DNA from: a virus
Reading direction: 5' to 3' (one strand)
Virus record (IMG/VR): IMGVR_UViG_3300035670_013237
Span: 30,001 to 62,000 of that record
Length of the DNA stretch: 32,000 nt
The translations under genes were made by a program, and so were the position numbers. Shown here in pieces: positions 24,460 to 32,000 of the stretch (position 1 is its first letter; every line of letters starts with the position of its first letter). The notes below the pieces were generated by a model that saw only the letters and a program-made list of their open reading frames with translations, was not told where the DNA came from and ran no database searches.

Positions 24460-25013
24460 CATGCATCGTTGCGATCGAGAGGGACGGAGAGGTCTGGATG
24501 GGAGGGGATTCCGCAGCATCCCGAGATGATGACATCGTCCGCCGCGTAAACCCTAAAGTTTTTTGGAACAATGGTTTTCTAATCGGATATTCAGGTAGTT
24601 TTAGGGTTGGTCAGCTATTGCAGTATGCATTTTGTCCGCCATTCCATGCTGAAGACCAGCCGGACATGGAGTTTTTGGTCGTCGAATTCGTCGACGCTCT
24701 ACGGCAGCTCATGAAAGAAAGAGGCACCCTCATGAAAGAAGAAGAGGGCGAAGCGCACGACGCTGAGTTCATCATCGGCTACAGGGGGAAAATCTACGTG
24801 GTGGAATCAGATTTTCATGTTGGAGCCCCCCTCACACCATACGCTGCCTGCGGCTCAGGTGCTGCATACGCAATGGGCGCTCTCCATGCCATTCACAAGA
24901 ATGTAGAGCTGCGGCCACAAGAGAAGATCGAAGCTGCGCTTTCAGCGGCCGCTGAGTTCTGTACAGGAGTAAGATCGCCCTTTACCATCCTGTCGTCAGC
25001 GGTTGATCCATAA
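24456..25013 (+). CDS. HslV / proteasome beta-subunit-like Ntn peptidase
   Basis: Met-Thr N-terminus: 'MTCIVAIERDGEVWMGGDSAAS' resembles HslV '[21 protein letters not shown]'. 'AACGSGAAYAMGALHA' resembles 'AIGSGGPYAQAAARAL'. Confidence 0.7.
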   Translation: MTCIVAIERDGEVWMGGDSAASRDDDIVRRVNPKVFWNNGFLIGYSGSFRVGQLLQYAFCPPFHAEDQPDMEFLVVEFVDALRQLMKERGTLMKEEEGEAHDAEFIIGYRGKIYVVESDFHVGAPLTPYAACGSGAAYAMGALHAIHKNVELRPQEKIEAALSAAAEFCTGVRSPFTILSSAVDP

Positions 25014-25033
25014 TTATTCTTTTGAGGTCAAAC

Positions 25034-26242
25034 ATGGGTGGAAACGTCGTCGTCACTGACACGAGCGGTAAATTGCAGAGGGCAGGCAGGGCAGATTTTC
25101 GCAAGCTCAATCGCGATCAGTTCATCGAAGCTTTCTTCTTGTTGTTCAAGCGACTGGATGCGCTGCACGAAAAATCAACAGGCGATAGCTTATGGCCTCC
25201 AGGAAAGTTGCAGGGTCTCTTGTCTTCAGCTGCGGTCTTTAGTGGTTCATCGGTGCACCTCTTCAATAAGAAATTGAGCGATGAAGAATTTGTCGAGTAC
25301 AAGCCTGTCGTGGGTGACATAGACATCACAATTCCAGGAGAAAAGTTGGAGAGCCTCCATACACTCCTCGACACCCTCCAGGGATCACAGCTCACGTCAC
25401 GAGTAAAGTATGTGGGGCAAAAGCCCTCGATTTCGCACGATCAAATAAACGCAGTCTTTGCGTATGCATTCGACGAGAGCGAGCGCCCTCTCAACATTCA
25501 AATCGATTTTGAGGCTGTCGGCTACGAGAACAGCGGCCCGTCTGAGTTCGTGAAGTTTGCTAGGTCCTCAGAGTGGCCTGACATCAAGGGCGGGGTCAAG
25601 GGCGTTTTTCACAAATACTTGCTCAGGTGCCTCGCTACGGTCCTTTCGAAGCAAGAAGATGTCGTGCTCTTGACACCAGCGAGCCCACTGGAACCTCCTG
25701 AAAAAGTAAAAATTTCGAAGGTCACAGATCCTGTCCACCTCTTGTCTTTTTCAGTCGACAAGGGACTTAGGACTTCCGCTGCGCAACAATTCTTGCCCAG
25801 TGGTGAACCACTTCTCATAAATGGTAAGAGAGCATTTAAGAAATTGTCGACTGCAGAGGCGGAATATCACCAATCCAGGTCTACGATTTTTTCTCTCATA
25901 TTTGGCACTGAGCCAATTGGTAATGAGGTATCTCTCTTTGGATCTTATACGGGCATCTTGCAGTTGATGCAAGACCACCTTGACAACCGTGACATCGAGG
26001 CCGTCTACCTTGACTTCATAGGGAACAAGCTTTATGGTAAGAATGGGCAGGCACTGGACGTGTTCGATCCAAAGAATGACATGCAGGCAAAGATTCCTGC
26101 CGTCAATGTCTTCAAGCAAAAATTTCCATTCCTCTCGACCCATGATGGGTATCTCGAGGGGCTGATCGATGAATATTATAAGAACTACAAGACAAAAGTC
26201 GTCGAGGCCGCTCGACGTTCAAAGGGCATGATTCATGCTTGA
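25034..26242 (+). CDS. Hypothetical protein, possible Pol-beta-fold nucleotidyltransferase
   Basis: GAGGT SD plus ATG 25034. The 'FSGSS...VVGDIDITIP...NIQIDFE' pattern is compatible with the G[GS]...DxD...D catalytic triad of Pol-beta-superfamily NTases. The assignment is weak. Confidence 0.45.
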   Translation: MGGNVVVTDTSGKLQRAGRADFRKLNRDQFIEAFFLLFKRLDALHEKSTGDSLWPPGKLQGLLSSAAVFSGSSVHLFNKKLSDEEFVEYKPVVGDIDITIPGEKLESLHTLLDTLQGSQLTSRVKYVGQKPSISHDQINAVFAYAFDESERPLNIQIDFEAVGYENSGPSEFVKFARSSEWPDIKGGVKGVFHKYLLRCLATVLSKQEDVVLLTPASPLEPPEKVKISKVTDPVHLLSFSVDKGLRTSAAQQFLPSGEPLLINGKRAFKKLSTAEAEYHQSRSTIFSLIFGTEPIGNEVSLFGSYTGILQLMQDHLDNRDIEAVYLDFIGNKLYGKNGQALDVFDPKNDMQAKIPAVNVFKQKFPFLSTHDGYLEGLIDEYYKNYKTKVVEAARRSKGMIHA

Positions 26243-27911
26243 CATTTCAATCAAGGCGCTCGACAAGGTCATCACGAGCAAGAAGAAAGCTTTCGATTTC
26301 ATCAAGAAGCGTGTCCGCGCGGTCGAGAAGATCGATGGCACGAAGCTCACGCTCATTAGGAACGATGAGCCCTTCGATCCAGCTGACTACACGAAGAACT
26401 GGATCGTGTCTTACAAAGGCAGGATCATCTATCCCACTGAGTTCAAGGGTCTTGAGGAGCGTGATCCTGAGATTCGTGCACAAGCCCTGGGCACTTCGCA
26501 GTACAAGTTTGTGCATGACCACCTACGCAGAGTCCACAGGGGCACCGCGAGCGTGCCCCCCAACACTGAGTTCTTCATTGAGTTTGTGCAAAATAAACCC
26601 ACTGTCACCCGTGACTACGGCAGGAAGCACGGGCTCTTTCTCGTCGGCTTTGGCGAAACGAAGCATGCGGTGTCATGGGGGCACATCTACAGCTCTGCTA
26701 GCTTCGAGAATAGTCCAGAATTGATCAAGAAATATTGCAAGATGTTGCAGTTGGGCGAATTTCCAGTAATATTTGAGGGCAATTTCTCGTCAAAGGAAGA
26801 AATCCTCGCAGGCTGCATCGATCCTGGCGTGAAGCAGATGTTCGAGGCAGGCTTCCCGACTGTGGACTTCTCAGATCCCACGTCAATAATTGAGCTCGTC
26901 ACCCTCGTCTTTTCGAGGCTACAGTCTTCTCTGGGGGGACAAGCTGAGGGTGTCGTGCTACAGGTCGGTGGAGATGACATTTCATCACGGGAACTTTACA
27001 AGGTGCTCGCCGCAGACCAGCACTCGAAGACCGTTCGCGGTGAAAAGAAAGCACGCTACAAAGCCGCTGATGAGGTGGACGAGGAGAAGTATAGACGAGA
27101 AGTCGCCACCCTCGCGAACAGCATCATGAAGACCATTCCCGAGGGCGACCTCGATGAAATGTTGGCAGACTTGTCGAGCGCTGTCTATGGCCTCGAAGAA
27201 CTGCCTTTCCACCCCGTGAAGTCCAAAATTAATATTCAGGAGGACATCCTCCTCACTGCGAAGCTCGGCCTTCTGTACGCAGGCACCAATGAAGCACAAA
27301 AAATCGCTATCATTCCCATGGCTGCGAAGCCCTTTCACGCCGGCCACGATTCTCTAATCAAGAGGGCATTCGAGGATGGATGTCAGGCCGCGATCGTGTT
27401 CCTGTCGACGGGCGGACGTGATGAGATTTCGGCCGAGGACATGATTCCCCTGTGGCGCCGGGTGTACATTCCTGGGATCTCGAGAGTATATGGTAAAAAT
27501 GTCTCCATCAGGTTCACTGATTCACCCGTCCGTGATGCAGCACTCTTCGCTAAAAATTTCGCAAAGAATGAGGGCGTCCAGGTCCTCGTCTATGGTGGCG
27601 TCGACGGCGAGGGGTCGAATGAGGCGCAACAGCGGGTCGACATGATCCTCGCCAAGAATCCAGAATTGAGCAATAAGATCACCCCTGTCGGTGTGAGCCG
27701 CTCAGAGACCGGCGGAATAAGCGGAACTGCGATGCGGGGCTTCGTCACTTCAGACGACTTCGACTCATTCATCAATAATCTTCCTAGCTGGCTGGATGCG
27801 AAGGACAGGCGCCTCGTTTGGGACACATTGAGAAAGGTGTACGCAAAGGGTGCATCCGCCACGGTCGAGTCGTTCATTAGAAAAATTGTGAAGGAGTCCC
27901 TCGGCAGATGA
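26235..27911 (+). CDS. Fusion protein: ATP-dependent RNA/DNA-ligase-type nucleotidyltransferase domain (N) plus HxGH/ISxT cytidylyl/adenylyltransferase domain (C, NMNAT/PPAT-like)
   Basis: Ligase motif I 'VEKIDGTKLTL', III 'FFIEFV', IV 'AEGVVLQV' and V 'LYKVL'. The C-terminal domain has 'IIPMAAKPFHAGHDSLI' (HxGH) and 'GGISGTAMR' (ISxTxxR-type). Confidence 0.6.
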   Translation: MLDISIKALDKVITSKKKAFDFIKKRVRAVEKIDGTKLTLIRNDEPFDPADYTKNWIVSYKGRIIYPTEFKGLEERDPEIRAQALGTSQYKFVHDHLRRVHRGTASVPPNTEFFIEFVQNKPTVTRDYGRKHGLFLVGFGETKHAVSWGHIYSSASFENSPELIKKYCKMLQLGEFPVIFEGNFSSKEEILAGCIDPGVKQMFEAGFPTVDFSDPTSIIELVTLVFSRLQSSLGGQAEGVVLQVGGDDISSRELYKVLAADQHSKTVRGEKKARYKAADEVDEEKYRREVATLANSIMKTIPEGDLDEMLADLSSAVYGLEELPFHPVKSKINIQEDILLTAKLGLLYAGTNEAQKIAIIPMAAKPFHAGHDSLIKRAFEDGCQAAIVFLSTGGRDEISAEDMIPLWRRVYIPGISRVYGKNVSIRFTDSPVRDAALFAKNFAKNEGVQVLVYGGVDGEGSNEAQQRVDMILAKNPELSNKITPVGVSRSETGGISGTAMRGFVTSDDFDSFINNLPSWLDAKDRRLVWDTLRKVYAKGASATVESFIRKIVKESLGR

Positions 27912-28492
27912 GAATTTTTTTCACGTCTGACAACCATTACTTTCATGACAACATCATCAAGTACTGCGGCAGGCCCTTCACACAATCACAAGACATGAAT
28001 GCTGAAATGGCGCGGCGCTGGAATTCCTCCGTCGAGCCTGATGACATTGGCGTTTTTGTGGGCGACATCTCTGCTGGGCTTCGCAAGAGGACGGCCGAAT
28101 TACGTGAGATAATCCAGAACCTCAACGGCAAGAAGATCCTGATCAGGGGAAACCATGACCACCAACCCAATGAGTGGTATCTCGAGTCAGGATTTCTTGG
28201 TGTCTATGACCACCTCAATCTTGGTGGCGTTCTTTTGTGCCACTATCCCGTCAGGGCCTTTGCAGAGAGGGGAGTCGATCCCACAAGGCTGGGGGATTAC
28301 GCTCATGTCATTCATGGGCATGTCCATGCGCTGGGTCCAAATTATGATGGACACTTCAATGTAGCAGCGGATAGGAATGATTTCATGCCGTGGCAATATG
28401 CAGATGTCATCCCAGAGGACCTGCGAGAGCCATTTAGAGAAAGTCTCGAAAAACTGATTTTGAACATCACAGAAAAAAAGCGTACATTTTAG
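27908..28492 (+). CDS. Metallophosphoesterase (small phage-type calcineurin-like phosphatase)
   Basis: 'FFTSDNHYFH', 'FVGDIS', 'IRGNHDH' and 'HGHVH'. The ATG overlaps the upstream TGA. Confidence 0.8.
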   Translation: MRIFFTSDNHYFHDNIIKYCGRPFTQSQDMNAEMARRWNSSVEPDDIGVFVGDISAGLRKRTAELREIIQNLNGKKILIRGNHDHQPNEWYLESGFLGVYDHLNLGGVLLCHYPVRAFAERGVDPTRLGDYAHVIHGHVHALGPNYDGHFNVAADRNDFMPWQYADVIPEDLREPFRESLEKLILNITEKKRTF

Positions 28493-28517
28493 AACGTAGC
28501 CTCCTGCGGAGTTCTTA

Positions 28518-29090
28518 ATGCTAATAAACCCTACTTTTACGATTTATACTGGTCCGATGTTCAGCTCAAAGACCACACGTCTTTTGATGGAACTGGAGCG
28601 CTACAGACATCAGCGTAAGTCTACCATTGCATTCAAGCCTGACATTGACGACAGGTACTCAGAGAATATTTCTACGCACGGCGGTTGGAGTTGGACTGCA
28701 GTCAGGGTCACTGAGGGGGCAGACATTCTGAAGTGCCTCGCTGACTGTGATGACGAGGTACACGTGATTGCCGTCGACGAAGCCTTCATGATCCCAGGCA
28801 TCGCTGAAGTTTTAATTTTTCTGTACCGCAATGGGTTCAATATTATTGTATCATCCTTGGACTTTGCTGCGAATGGAAAACCATTTCCAGAAATGGCCCA
28901 GATGCTGCCTTGGGCTACTCGAATTGAAAAATGCACTGCGGTGTGCACAGTCTGCGGAAGAGATGCACTGTACACCTACAAGAAGCAGACAGGCGGCGAC
29001 GAATTCGTGGTCGAGGTGGGTGGTGCTGAGCTGTACGAGCCCCGGTGCTTCGAGCACCACCTTGCGATCAATAATTGCCCCAAGAAATGA
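28518..29090 (+). CDS. tdk: Thymidine kinase
   Basis: 'YTGPMFSSKTTRLL', 'VIAVDEAFM', 'SSLDFAANGKPF', 'AVCTVCGRDALYT' and 'YEPRCFEHH'. Confidence 0.9.
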   Translation: MLINPTFTIYTGPMFSSKTTRLLMELERYRHQRKSTIAFKPDIDDRYSENISTHGGWSWTAVRVTEGADILKCLADCDDEVHVIAVDEAFMIPGIAEVLIFLYRNGFNIIVSSLDFAANGKPFPEMAQMLPWATRIEKCTAVCTVCGRDALYTYKKQTGGDEFVVEVGGAELYEPRCFEHHLAINNCPKK

Positions 29091-29097
29091 GGTGTAG

Positions 29098-29526
29098 ATG
29101 AGCACTCGTAAATCGTGGACTGAGACCTGGATGGAAATTGCGAGAGTTATTTCTGAGAGGTCCTATGACCCAAAGTTGAAGGTTGGAGCCATCATCGTGT
29201 CCGAGGACAACACACAGATGTTGTCCGTGGGATACAACGGAAACTACAAGGGCGGCCCTCACTGTCATGAGTCGAGTGTCCCAGGTGAGAGTGGATTTAC
29301 CCATGCGGAAGTCAATGCACTTGTCAAGTGCGATTATAATTTTCCAAAGAAGAAACACATGTACGTGACGCACAGTCCATGCCGTGCCTGTTCTAAATTG
29401 ATTATTAATGCTGAAATTTCAAAGGTGGTTTACCTCCACCCGTACCGAGATCAGTCTGGACTTGACCTAATGCGCTCAGTCGGGATTGAAGTTGTCAGCT
29501 ATGGTGATACCCTCAAGTCAGGGTGA
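29098..29526 (+). CDS. dCMP deaminase (cytidine/deoxycytidylate deaminase family)
   Basis: 'WMEIARVISERS', zinc motifs 'HAEVNAL' and 'SPCRACSKLII'. Confidence 0.9.
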   Translation: MSTRKSWTETWMEIARVISERSYDPKLKVGAIIVSEDNTQMLSVGYNGNYKGGPHCHESSVPGESGFTHAEVNALVKCDYNFPKKKHMYVTHSPCRACSKLIINAEISKVVYLHPYRDQSGLDLMRSVGIEVVSYGDTLKSG

Positions 29527-29567
29527 TATTTATGTGATACCTCAGCAATAAATAGGGTAGGACCGCA

Positions 29568-29843
29568 ATGAACAAGCTGACAGAATCTGAGATCATTCGC
29601 TTCATGCGCGAAGAGTGGACCCAAAGGGTCAATCGCCTCAATGAAAAAATTGACACATCTCTTAAAACGAAGGGCGATAAGGGAGAGAAGATCGTAATTT
29701 CTCCTGACCTCAAAGTTAAAAAAGATGGTGTTGAGTACACTGTCGTGTCAGCAAGCCTCCTGAACTGTGTCCTTCGCACCCCTGAGGGTAAGAAAATTTC
29801 TGTGAACACTAAAGACCTGGAGAAAGATTATGAGCTTGCTTGA
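29568..29843 (+). CDS. Hypothetical protein (91 aa)
   Basis: Co-directional ORF with GGTAGGA upstream. No motif recognised. Confidence 0.5.
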   Translation: MNKLTESEIIRFMREEWTQRVNRLNEKIDTSLKTKGDKGEKIVISPDLKVKKDGVEYTVVSASLLNCVLRTPEGKKISVNTKDLEKDYELA

Positions 29844-30546
29844 TGGTAAGAATATTTTAGGCGGCGAACTTGACAAGATCTTGAAGAAGGCTGTCAAGGA
29901 GTCAGTGGGCTCTAGTAAAGAAAATTTGGGAGAGGCTTATGTAGCTTCTCCAAAAACTTTCAAGCAGGTCACTGAGCTCAGCAGCCAGAAATCTAAAGAC
30001 GCGCACATTGAGCTCTACAAGGGCTATGTCGAATCGCTGAATGACGTTTCATCGAAGCTGGACACTGCGGACAAGAACGAGGCTAATTCCCGGCACTCAA
30101 ACTTTCGCTCGTTGAAGCTCGATGAAGCGTACAACCTCAATGCAGTGTGGCTCCACGAGCTGCATTTCGCAAATTGCTTCGATCCCCACAGTGAGATTGT
30201 GATGGATTCGATTGCTTACCTTAAGCTCCAGCGGGACTTCGGCACGTTCGATGACTGGCAGCGTGACTTCATCGCGACTGCAATGTCAGCGGGCAACGGC
30301 TGGGCCGTGTGCGGATACCACACGTTCTTGAAGCGCTACGTTAACATGGTCGTTAGCCACCACAGTGGGGACGTGATGCTGGGCGTGTACCCGACGATTG
30401 TCGTCGACATGTGGGAGCATGCATACGCTCGTGATTACCTCACTGACAAGAAGACATATCTCGTGTCGAGAATGCGCGAATTTAACTGGACAGTCATCGA
30501 TGACAGATTCAAGCGGGCGGAAGCCATCGCAGGGGCGGTGAAGTGA
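29830..30546 (+). CDS. Fe/Mn superoxide dismutase family protein (divergent N-terminal helix motif)
   Basis: C-terminal ligand motif 'DMWEHAYARDY' (canonical D-x-W-E-H-A-Y-Y-x-x-Y) and 'WLHELHF' (second His ligand region). The N-terminus has 'AHIELYKGYVESLN' instead of 'H..KHH..YV..LN'. Confidence 0.65.
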   Translation: MSLLDGKNILGGELDKILKKAVKESVGSSKENLGEAYVASPKTFKQVTELSSQKSKDAHIELYKGYVESLNDVSSKLDTADKNEANSRHSNFRSLKLDEAYNLNAVWLHELHFANCFDPHSEIVMDSIAYLKLQRDFGTFDDWQRDFIATAMSAGNGWAVCGYHTFLKRYVNMVVSHHSGDVMLGVYPTIVVDMWEHAYARDYLTDKKTYLVSRMREFNWTVIDDRFKRAEAIAGAVK

Positions 30547-30547
30547 T

Positions 30548-31135
30548 ATGAGACGAAATGGTCCAAAGCAACAGTGGAAGCGCCTCGTAGAGCAACTGCG
30601 TCGCAATCTTCGTGAGGCCGATGAAAAAGATGCGAAGGAGCCTGGTGAGGACTCCCTCGACAACCAGATTGACAGGCTCTTTTCTGATTATGAATCAGAG
30701 GCGAAGTCTGTCAAGGCTGAGGGCTTAGACTGGCGCCGCACCGTGCGTAGAATCCTAGAAGCTGAGGGTGACGAAGAAGAAGGTGAAGAAGAGAAGCAGG
30801 ATGATGCGGACGAGGAGGGTGCTGAAGAAGAGCCTGAGGAGCCTAAGAAGCTGACAGCTGATGATATTCAGGTCGAGGACTTCCTCGAGGGTGTCATGCG
30901 CCTCGTCGACAACTACGATTCACTTCTCGAAGTGAGGAACACGATTCTACGTCGCGCGGTCAATTTTCTCAACAAGAGCTATGAGCCTGACGTCATCACA
31001 CAGTTCAAAGATGCTCTCCGCGAGAATTATGGCTTTGACATCGGTAAGTCCGTGCAGGACGTGCGGGATGAGCAGTTCCCAGCGCCTCCGGCTGATCGTG
31101 CAGGTGGGACAGGCGGGGGCGGCGGCGGCGTGTAA
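30548..31135 (+). CDS. Hypothetical highly acidic protein with C-terminal poly-Gly
   Basis: The ORF has an 'EAEGDEEEGEEEKQDDADEEGAEEEPEE' tract and ends in 'GGTGGGGGGV'. It is coupled to its neighbours. Confidence 0.5.
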   Translation: MRRNGPKQQWKRLVEQLRRNLREADEKDAKEPGEDSLDNQIDRLFSDYESEAKSVKAEGLDWRRTVRRILEAEGDEEEGEEEKQDDADEEGAEEEPEEPKKLTADDIQVEDFLEGVMRLVDNYDSLLEVRNTILRRAVNFLNKSYEPDVITQFKDALRENYGFDIGKSVQDVRDEQFPAPPADRAGGTGGGGGGV

Positions 31136-31431
31136 TGAGATCTGATCTGTTTCAAAAGCGCAAATGCGTTCACGTGAAGCTGGAGAAAGAGATCCATGCG
31201 GCCCTCCGTGCGAAGCTCTTCCAGTATAACATCTCAATGCAAGAAGTTTTTGACGAGTTCGCGAAGCAGGTCGCGGAAGGCACGAGGCCAGCCAATAACA
31301 TTGTAGAAACTGTGACAAAACGCAAGTTGCGCGAGGCACTTGAGGGTCGCCCCAAGAAAAAATATGATGGTTTTGGTGAACTTGATAGTGAACTACTTTA
31401 CAATCTGATCAATGGAAAGAATGAAAAATAA
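31135..31431 (+). CDS. Hypothetical protein, possible ribbon-helix-helix DNA-binding fold
   Basis: 'VHVKLEKEIHAALRAKLFQYNISMQEVFDEFAKQV' has the beta-strand-helix-helix pattern of CopG/Arc-like proteins. Weak. Confidence 0.45.
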   Translation: MRSDLFQKRKCVHVKLEKEIHAALRAKLFQYNISMQEVFDEFAKQVAEGTRPANNIVETVTKRKLREALEGRPKKKYDGFGELDSELLYNLINGKNEK

Positions 31432-31720
31432 TGCCTCTGCTGATGAGACTTCATTTTTAGAGAAGCTCTTCGAAAAGTTGCTTGAGTCATCATCAACATT
31501 CAAGCAGCTCAACGAGAGCTTCTTTACGATCATCTCAAAGCTCGCACAGCTAGCTGAGACCGTGATTGATCTGGTTCAAACTGTCAAAGCGCAGCAGGTT
31601 GCAATCTCTGAGTTGTATGAGCTGCAGGATCTTGCGCTGCGGCGCATGAAAGATTTAGCGGGGGGCCCTGACATCAAGAGTTTTCCGCTTCGGGAGAAGA
31701 AAGATGAAAAGCTTAACTAA
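31412..31720 (+). CDS. Hypothetical coiled-coil protein (102 aa)
   Basis: Co-directional ORF with heptad-like helical sequence. It overlaps its neighbours by a few codons. Confidence 0.45.
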   Translation: MERMKNNASADETSFLEKLFEKLLESSSTFKQLNESFFTIISKLAQLAETVIDLVQTVKAQQVAISELYELQDLALRRMKDLAGGPDIKSFPLREKKDEKLN

Positions 31721-32000
31721 TTTTATCAAAAAGTTGTTCTTAAGTGCCAAGAAAAATTGGCAAATTTTGCTCCTTGTACTAGGCACAATATTTGCTTACA
31801 TTTTTTTTCGAAGGCAAGAAGTGAACTTCGATGCACGTTTGAACGATATTCGTAAGGCTCATGGACAGCAACTTCAGGAAATACAAGATGCACATGCTGA
31901 TGAAATAAAGCGAAGGCAGGAGAATGAGCGGCTCTTGAAGATCGCTCTGGAAGAAATTCAGAAGAAGTACGGCGAGGCAATGAAGAAGCTCGATGAGAAG
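31704..32000 (+). CDS. Membrane-anchored coiled-coil protein, 5' part (runs off the window end)
   Basis: ATG 31704 lies downstream of GGGAGAAG (31691-31698). 'MKSLTNFIKKLFLSAKKNWQILLLVLGTIFAYIFF' (TM helix) is followed by 'RRQENERLLKIALEEIQKKYGEAMKKLDEK'. The frame is open to position 32000, so it is absent from the ORF track. Confidence 0.55.
   Translation, partial: MKSLTNFIKKLFLSAKKNWQILLLVLGTIFAYIFFRRQEVNFDARLNDIRKAHGQQLQEIQDAHADEIKRRQENERLLKIALEEIQKKYGEAMKKLDEK

Noticed and set aside
31105-31134. GGC/GGG-rich tract (ggcgggggcggcggcggcg) as a slippage-prone repeat or G-quadruplex
   Set aside because: It is very short and simply encodes the poly-Gly C-terminus of the acidic protein. There are not four spaced G-runs and there is no evidence of phase variation.
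31726-31980. 84-aa minus-strand ORF near the window end
   Set aside because: It is opposite an open-ended + strand frame starting at ATG 31704 that has an SD, a clean TM helix and a coiled coil. The minus translation is Ser/Arg/His-rich junk.
1-32000. tRNA, rRNA, other structured RNA genes, CRISPR arrays, or att/terminal repeats
   Set aside because: Coding density is near-complete. The few intergenic gaps (at most about 100 nt) contain only simple hairpins. No cloverleaf-like segments, no spaced direct repeats and no long duplicated sequences were seen.

Overview
The window looks like a densely packed replication and nucleotide-metabolism module of a large tailed dsDNA phage. It is probably an uncultured aquatic phage related to T4. 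All genes but one are on the + strand, and many are translationally coupled through ATGA or TGATG overlaps. No tRNA, rRNA or CRISPR array was seen.

Recognisable products, in order:
- Replication and recombination: gp32-like SSB (5' partial), RecA, dUTPase, 5'-3' exonuclease/FEN, gp41/DnaB-like helicase.
- A class II ribonucleotide reductase (nrdJ), followed by ThyX, a gp56-like dCTPase, a GMP reductase/IMPDH-family enzyme, Hsp20, a metallophosphoesterase, an HNH endonuclease, a Dps-like ferritin and UDP-glucuronate decarboxylase.
- A Pol III alpha (dnaE) replicase, followed by a zinc-ribbon protein, a T4 beta-glucosyltransferase-like protein, a dNMP kinase and a gp42-type dCMP hydroxymethylase.
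- An HslV-like Ntn peptidase, a nucleotidyltransferase-like protein, an RNA-ligase::HxGH-nucleotidyltransferase fusion, a second metallophosphoesterase, thymidine kinase, dCMP deaminase and an Fe/Mn-SOD-like protein.

Four things deserve a second look:
1. dnaE is interrupted in its first PHP motif by tandem in-frame TAG-TGA stops. The stops are flanked by identical TCC codons, and skipping them restores the homolog spacing exactly. This is a candidate translational hop.
2. nrdJ is a 'fractured' gene: N-extein plus Int-N, then a free-standing AT-rich PD-(D/E)XK-type endonuclease gene, then Int-C plus C-extein.
3. A complete T4-type hydroxymethyl-C and glycosylation pathway sits in a phage that replicates with DnaE, and a UDP-xylose-forming enzyme lies nearby.
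4. A candidate RNA-repair or nucleotide-transfer cassette is built around an unusual ligase-nucleotidyltransferase fusion.

All homology statements come from motif recognition by eye. No searches were run.
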